NCBI RefSeq assembly: GCF_006345805.1
Contig: NW_021835136.1
Span: 1 to 42,512 of the forward strand
From: Octopus sinensis
Taxonomy: Eukaryota
DNA: 42,512 nucleotides
Reading direction: 5' to 3'
A program made the translations under genes and the position numbers. The notes beneath the pieces are model-generated. The model had not been told where the DNA came from, searched no databases, and worked only from the letters and a program-made list of their open reading frames with translations. Below, piece after piece: positions 35,437 through 42,512 of the stretch (positions are counted from its first letter, which is position 1; each line of letters opens with the position of its first letter).

Positions 35437-35902
35437 ATATATATATTATATATAGTATATATATATATATATATATACACAGCACACCCACTTATACAAT
35501 ACATTATAGCCCTTGATTGTCATCATCAACAGAGTAAATAACATCATCATCATTGTCGCATCACCTAACTTCCATGTTCCTTCTGGCTTGGACTGGACAG
35601 GATCCAAGGACTGCACTGCGCTCAAATGTCGGCTTTGGTTCTCCTATTTCTTTCTGGTTAGATGCCCTTCCTAACATCACCAATTGACAGCATGGGCTCG
35701 GTGCTTTTATCATACTACCCGACTATTGAAGTTGCCCATCTCAATCTGCTTCAACTTCCACCCTCTCCGATTCTACGGGCTTCAACAGGATATCTACATG
35801 CTAGAAAACGCAGCCAAATCTCACACAAGCACACAAACTATTTTTGGCTCATACGTACACAATCTGTATATCGAATGCCTATGGGTTATTCCTACACAAA
35901 TA

Positions 35903-36377
35903 GACCCTCGATTTTGCCTCCTTTTAACTGGAAGAAAGGTTCATATTTTTAGTAAATTTTTTATATATGGTGTACATGCGGATTATATTGGAATTCTTTA
36001 GAAAAAGTTTTCCTAGAGGGGGGAGAATTTCAAAATTCCAATATCGGCATTTGTTGCGACGAAGAAGCTTGATGAATTAATGAAAGAAATATGTAATCAT
36101 CTACTAATCTACTACCACACCCACCCATCCACACACATGCATATATACTCTTTACTCTGTACTGTTTTACTTGCTTAGGTCATTTGATTGTGGCCATGCT
36201 GAGCACACCGCCTTTAGACAGGCAAATCGACCCAGGGCTTATTTTTTTGTAAATCTATTACTTATTCAATCACCTCATTTTCCCGAGCCGCCAAGTTACG
36301 GGGTCGTAAAAACACCAGCATCGTTTGTCAAGCGATGTTGTGGGAACAAACAGAGATACACAAACATATACACACAC

Positions 36378-36408
<31 letters not shown>

Positions 36409-39400
36409 TGTATGTATGTATGTATTATGTAGGAAGGAGGAACTCTTGAGAGTCACAGCCATCAAATAAATGTTTAATCTTTCTTTTCTGTTTTTCTTTT
36501 TTTTTCTTAATGCTTAAGGCTGTATCATACGCGGGAACGTAGAAATAACCGGACTGAATACCGATCGCGCGGTTAAAACCATTGGGAGTGAAGGACTCCT
36601 AGCCTTTGTTAGGGCATCCTTCTAGAAGGTAACTCAGGTAATTGGATAAACTGCGACATAAAACCTGCGGCTCAGTGGTACCGATGATGTTGACCGATGA
36701 TTCTTTTCGGATTATGGCTTCTGTTGCTTAGTGTGTGGGATTGACTCAGTGCACAGTCTTTCCTCACTTTGAAATTTCTTTTTGCACAGGCATTGCACGA
36801 TAACAACATTGGATTGATTAAAGTGAGTAACTAATTCATGATTGTTGATAGTGCTGTGAGTCTCAACTGAATGGCTGGCTGTAGCCTTAAAAAGCAAAAA
36901 TCAATGATGTACCAAAACAGTATAAAAATAAATGGCAGTAAGGACTCTGGAACCACATCAGCTGAAAGAGTCTGGCCCGGCAGGGGTTCCAGAGCATCAC
37001 AGTCTTAACCCGGCCGTCATCATGCTACTCTGATAGAACCAAAGAAAATAATGAATATTGGCTGTTGGAATGTACGGAAACTGCTTGATCATAAGTCCTC
37101 TGAATGTCCTGAAAGAAGGACTGCGCTTGTTGCGAAGGAGCTTCAACGCTATGATCTTGACATTGTTGCTTTATCTGAGACGAGATTACCTGGAGATGGT
37201 CATCTTACAGAATCTTGTGGAAAATATACATTCTCTTGGAAAGGGAGAGATGAAGAGTTTAGAGGAGAAGCTGGAGTGGCATTTGCTGTTAAGACTACTC
37301 TTGTGGACAAGTTGGAAGAATTCCCAATCGAAATTAACGATCGTCTTATGTCCATGAGAATTCCTTTGGCTAAAGGAAATTATATGACCTTGGTGAGTGT
37401 GTAAGCTCCAACTATGTGCTATACTGATGACGAAAAACTTTCTTTCTACCATGCTTTGAAGGGCATTATAAGAAATATCCCTCGGGCAGACAAAGTCATC
37501 GTACTGGGTGACTTTAATGCTAGAGTGGGTAGGGATTTTAACACATGGACTGTAATTGGAAAGCATGGGGTGAGGAAGTGTAATAGTAATGGCATGCTTT
37601 TGCTGCAGATGTGTGAAGAGCTGAGTCTGTGTGTTACCAATACCATGTTTCAACCAAAGAATAAGCTTAGGAATAAAGAATGGCATATTCTGGATTACAT
37701 CCTAGTTAGGGTGCGTGACAGACAGGATGTACAGTGTGATCGTGTTCTTCGTGGAGCTGAGTGTTGGACTGACCACCGCCTAGTACGACGTGCAACAGTG
37801 AAATTAGTCACAAAACATAAAATCCGAGCTGCAGGGATGATCCTGCCTAAAAGACTGAATGTTGATATAATAGTATGAAGATAACTTTACGAGAGGAAAT
37901 GAATGCTGCAGATATTGGGGAAGATTGGCCGAACCTCAAAAAGTCAGTTTATGATATAGGCAGGAAAGTTCTGGGATTGATACAAAGAAAGCATCAAGAT
38001 TGGTTCAAAGAAAATGATGAACATATAGATGATTTATTGGATGATAAAAGGCGTACATTGTCACGCTATTTGCCAGCAAAGTCACAGGAAAGGGAAGTGT
38101 TGCATAGGGAACTCAAGGACGTAAAATCACGTGTGAGGCAAAGGCTCTCTCAGATGAGGGATACGTGGTGGAGTAAGAAGGCTGACGAGATACAGGCGGC
38201 ATGAGATTCCAATAACACAAAGTTGCTGTATGGTCTCTTGCGAGAAGTTTATGGACCGACGTCTTCCCTGATGACACCAATTCGAAGCAGGGATGGTAAA
38301 GAAGTTCTTCATGATTCACAAGGAATTCTGCGAAGGTGGCAAGAACACTTTGATGAACTTTTGAATCAACAGTCTGTAGTTAGTGAGGATGTTCTCAATC
38401 TCATCCCTGGATTGCCTGTGAAGGCAGCACTTGCAGAACCACGAAAGTTGGAAGACGTTGCAATGGCTGTCTCAAGGTTGAATAATGGGAAGTCTCCGGG
38501 TATGGATGGCATACATGCGGAGTTGTTACAGTATGGTGGTGAGAAACTTCTGCAGAAACTTCACTCTTTGTTTGGTAAGATATGGACTAGTGAATCTGTA
38601 CGAGGACTGGAGAGATACAGTAATGGTGGAAGGGAAAGGGCAGCAGGAATGATTGTGGTAATTATAGGAGAGTATCATTGCTGTCTGTTGTAGGAAGGTT
38701 TTATGCATGGTACTTCTGGATCGTCTGCTGAAATCCGTTGCAGACTGTGTTCTTCAAGAAAGTCAATCTGGCTTTCGTGTGGGATGTGGCACTGCTGATA
38801 TAATCTTTTCAGCTAGACAGCTTCAGGAGAAGTGTGGAACAGGGTCTGGATTTGTATCAGGTTTTTGTAGATCTGACAAAAGCCTTTGATACCGTCAATA
38901 GAAAAGCATTGTGGAAAGTCCTCCAGAAACGTGGGTGTCCTGAAAAGTTCCTTGCTTTGGTTAGGTCTTTTCATGAAGACATGAATGGTAGGGTGAATGT
39001 TAGAGGGAAAATGTCGGAGCCCATTGCAATACAAAATGGAAATAGGGGGATTCCTGGCACCGACCCTATTTGCCATATATCTTGCGATGGTGTTCTGTAT
39101 TGCATTCAGAAACTGCAGATACGGTGTTTACATCCATTATCGAACCTCTGGCAGCATATTTAATATCAGGCACTTGCTGCGAAAACAATGCATTTACCTC
39201 TATCATGAGAGACCTTTTGTATGCAGATGATTGTGATCTAGTAGCACACACAGAGATTGGTATGCAACACATTTTTAATGCATTCTCTGATGCTTGCACT
39301 GCCTTAGGATTGACAGTGAATCTCAAGAAAACTGTTGTCATGCATCAATCTGCCCCTGTAAGCAGTATAGTGTACCAAATATCTATGTGTATCTTAAACG

Positions 39401-40165
39401 ACTTGATGTAGTTGATCAGTTTGTCTACCTGGGAAGCACTATAATAGATATAGCAATTGGATGATGAAATTCCACATAGAATTAAGAAAGCAAGTGTTGC
39501 TTTCGGAAGGGTAGAAAAGCGCCTGTGGAGTCGGCGAGACATATGCACAGAAAGACAAAGATAAAGGTGTACAAGGCATGTGTGCTCCCTTCTCTTCTCT
39601 ATGCCTGCGAGACGTGAGTCACATATCGATACCACTTAAACAACTGGAACGTTTCCATCAGATGTGTCTTAGACGGATCTATGGCATTAAGTGGAAGGAC
39701 CGCATCAGTGATCTTGAAATATTGGAAGGCTCTCGGTGTGAAAGTGTAGAAGAGCTCTTGTGTTAAAGCGAAGGCTCAGATGGAGTGGTCATCTGGTCAG
39801 GATGAAGGATTCAAGGATGCCAAAACAACTCTTCATGGAGAGTTAGCTAAAGGAGAACAACCTCCACATAAACCAAAAGAGAGGTATAAGGACTTGCTGA
39901 AGGCTTCCTTAAAGATGCTTGCATCTCTCCTGACACATGGGAAGGCATAGTTATTGATCGTAGCTGGTGGAGAAGGATTGTGTACGAGGGGACAGCCACT
40001 TTTGAGAAATCTCGAGTGGCACATAAGAAAGTAAGGAGGGATGTCAGGAAGCGCATCGCTGATACACTCCAGATGGAAGGGTCTTCCTATGATGCTGACA
40101 TGCAGTGTCTGTGCAAGACCCTGCCTCAGAAAGCTGGACTCAAGAGTCATCTTCGTAGTCATAAA
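35903..40165 (+). repeat. Segmental duplication copy B
   Basis: Colinear with 22606-26892. Confidence 0.92.
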
Positions 40166-40395
40166 GCGAGAAAGATGAGTGACAACCTGGCCACTGGTGT
40201 GGTGGTGTAACACACCATACAAATATATCTGCCGGGCATGCAAAAGAGAGTGTAATTCGGCAGGAGACTTAAAAAACATGCACAGGTACATGAAGCCCAG
40301 TTACAACTACAGCCGGCTATTACCGGTAAAGGTTTTAGTTGCCAATTCTGTACAAGACTGGGCTAAAAGTCACATTCGATCACACCGCCAGTAAC
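36510..40395 (+). mobile_element. RTE-clade LINE, family 2, copy B; extends further 3' with a second zinc finger
   Basis: Same motifs as copy A plus YICRACKREC..; retains a ~50-nt segment at ~37800-37850 that copy A lacks. Confidence 0.95.
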
Positions 40396-40691
40396 AGTTA
40401 AGCTTGAAATATGTTACAAAAGGAAAATATAAAATACACGTGAAAATTTAAGGGGAGAATAAAAAAAATCAACGAAAATGCACATTGTAAATAAAAAAAG
40501 AAAAGCTTTTATGAAAGGTAACGACAGATATATACTTTTAGATGGGATGAGGTAGTAATAAAAGTCATTATTACGAGATGATTAAAAAGTCAGAAAGCAA
40601 AGCATACCATGGTTTCGTCATAAGCTATTCGTTCCCCCCGCCCTATATATAATATATTATAATATATACATATATATATATTATATATATA

Positions 40692-40751
<60 letters not shown>

Positions 40752-40787
40752 ATATACATGTATATAACTACGTATATTATGGCATAT

Positions 40788-40828
<41 letters not shown>

Positions 40829-41009
40829 TACATATGCAGTCAGATCTAGTCAAGTAATTTGCCTCATTTGTTTGTTAAATCTAGTTGGAACCGATAGATA
40901 AGAGAAAATCATTGGGTCATATATTTGATTGACTGTAGTTTTGATTTTTCGTAGAAGCTATTGGCTTGAAGCAGGGTTAGGTGTTTATGTAGTTTTCTGA
41001 TGGTAGTAG

Positions 41010-41196
41010 GGACAAACAGAGGCACACAATCGTACACATATATACACTTCTGTACGACGGGCTTTTTCAGTTTCCGATACGAAATCGAATCATAAGGATT
41101 AGTCGACCCGGGGGACGATAGAAGAAAACACTTGTCTAAGCTGCCACGCGGTGGGACTGCACCAGGAACCGTGTGGTTGGTAAGCAGGCAACCCCC
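41010..41196 (-). mobile_element. Family 2 SINE, 5' part, diverged
   Basis: Reverse complement of the ..gtcccac(c)gcgtggc..gaaaaagcccgtcgta blocks. Confidence 0.7.
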
Positions 41197-41210
41197 ACTG
41201 AGATATATTT

Positions 41211-41256
<46 letters not shown>

Positions 41257-41261
41257 TTGAT

Positions 41262-41699
41262 AGGCGTAGGAATGGCTGTGTGATAAGTAGCTTCCTACGA
41301 AACGCAGTGTTCTTGGTTCAGTCCCACTGCATGGTATCTTGGGCTAGTGTCTACTACTATAGACTCGTGCCGACCAATCCTTGTGAGTGGAATTGATAGG
41401 CGGAGCATACACACACACACAAACATATATATATACATATATGTGTGGGGGGGGCTATATATATATATATATATATATACACGTTTGTATGTCTGTTTAT
41501 CCCTCCAACACCGCTTGACAACCGGTGCTGGTGTGTTCATGTCCGCGTAACTTAGCGCTTCGTCATAAGAGAAAATAGATTAAATACTAGGCTACAAAAA
41601 GTAAGTATTGGGTTCGAATTTCGCGAATAAAGGCGCTGCTGCGGCATGGGAATATATATATATGTTATATATATATATATATATATATAATATGTGTGT

Positions 41700-41738
<39 letters not shown>

Positions 41739-41850
41739 TGTGTGTGTGGCCGATAGTTTAATACTAGGCCTACAAAGTATAAGTCCTGGTGTCGATTTGC
41801 ACGAATAAAGTATGCTCCACCATGGCCGCAGTCAAATAATTGAAAATTAA
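41262..41850 (+). mobile_element. Family 2 SINE, diverged, with a duplicated 3' tail
   Basis: Head ggctgtgtgataagtagc..gttcagtcccactgc; tail segment present twice (~41575-41650 and ~41750-41850). Confidence 0.75.
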
Positions 41851-42238
41851 GTGTATAAAACGAAAATAACCAGAAAAGTTTATATTCTCTTAACTACATA
41901 ATTAAGGGAGATAACTGAAAATCAACTTTTAGAGTTACTCCCTTTACATATAATAAAGACATGACAGTTTAAGATGTAGGTGCGTTTGTTTTTTCGCATG
42001 CGAAGGGCATGCTTGCATTCCTGCAAGAAGAGACAAACATACACATGAAATTTTCTGCTGTTAACTTTAACAAATACATTATAATTTAAATTTAATTACA
42101 CCCGAAAACTATGTAAAGTACTCACCCATCCAGTACTACCCTACCTTTGGACATGATCAGGTTTTTATTTTGTTTTAGATAGTATATATGCGTATGTGGG
42201 TATATACACGTGTATATGTATGAATGCATGCATTTATG

Positions 42239-42278
<40 letters not shown>

Positions 42279-42299
42279 GTATATATGTATGAAACAAAT

Positions 42300-42512
42300 C
42301 GCTGCCGGAATTAAATTCGTCCAATCTCACTCACCTCTCATATCATTAAGGTATTTGAGAGAGTGCTGAGATCGCGTATGACTCACTTCCTTGAGAGTCA
42401 TAATATGCTGAACTCCAACCATTCCGTAATGGAAGAGATGCCTGACGCAGCTACTGCATCATTTTGATGATATTTTGAGAGCCTTGGGAGAGGGCTCCAA
42501 CACTGATGTCAT
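42300..42512 (+). mobile_element. CR1/L2-type LINE RT fragment running off the window edge
   Basis: PISLTS.IIKVFERVLRSRMTHFLESHNMLN..LTQLLHHFDDILRALGEGSNTDV. Confidence 0.85.

Noticed and set aside
42121-42160. Strong minus-strand donor (gtgagt) after MSKGRVVLD
   Set aside because: No acceptor or other support; a single splice-like hexamer is expected by chance.
7216-42290. Many IYIY/CVCV/HTHT ORFs in the track
   Set aside because: All arise from TA, TG/CA and TATG microsatellites.
1-42512. CRISPR arrays, rRNA or prokaryotic systems
   Set aside because: No repeat-spacer arrays, operons or rRNA-like sequence; all periodicity comes from microsatellites or duplications.

Overview
This is AT-rich, microsatellite-dense eukaryotic DNA. 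The SINE families match octopus (octopod cephalopod) repeats as I remember them; there is no prokaryotic content or CRISPR. (1) The left half holds minus-strand exons of a putative adhesion-class GPCR ectodomain. Two exons (13406-13520, 11861-12003) splice in frame into a clear hormone-receptor (HormR/HRM) domain. Upstream of them is a block of small exons (18582 to 14624) that reads like a SEA domain. That SEA block is duplicated in tandem downstream of the HormR exons (about 7400 to 1700), where an RTE LINE has replaced a 20-nt microexon. The three frameshifts in the duplicated exons are all single-base losses in homopolymers, so assembly error is plausible. No GAIN or 7TM exons are visible in the window. 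(2) The right half is mostly transposon debris: two copies of an RTE LINE inside a ~4.3 kb segmental duplication, Tx1, CR1/L2 and R4/Dong fragments, and a decayed but apparently end-to-end Penelope-like element (RT plus C-terminal GIY-YIG) sitting in a (TA)n tract. This element carries two different hammerhead ribozyme motifs in opposite orientations. All gene models, domain calls and family names come from manual reading and recall, not from database searches.
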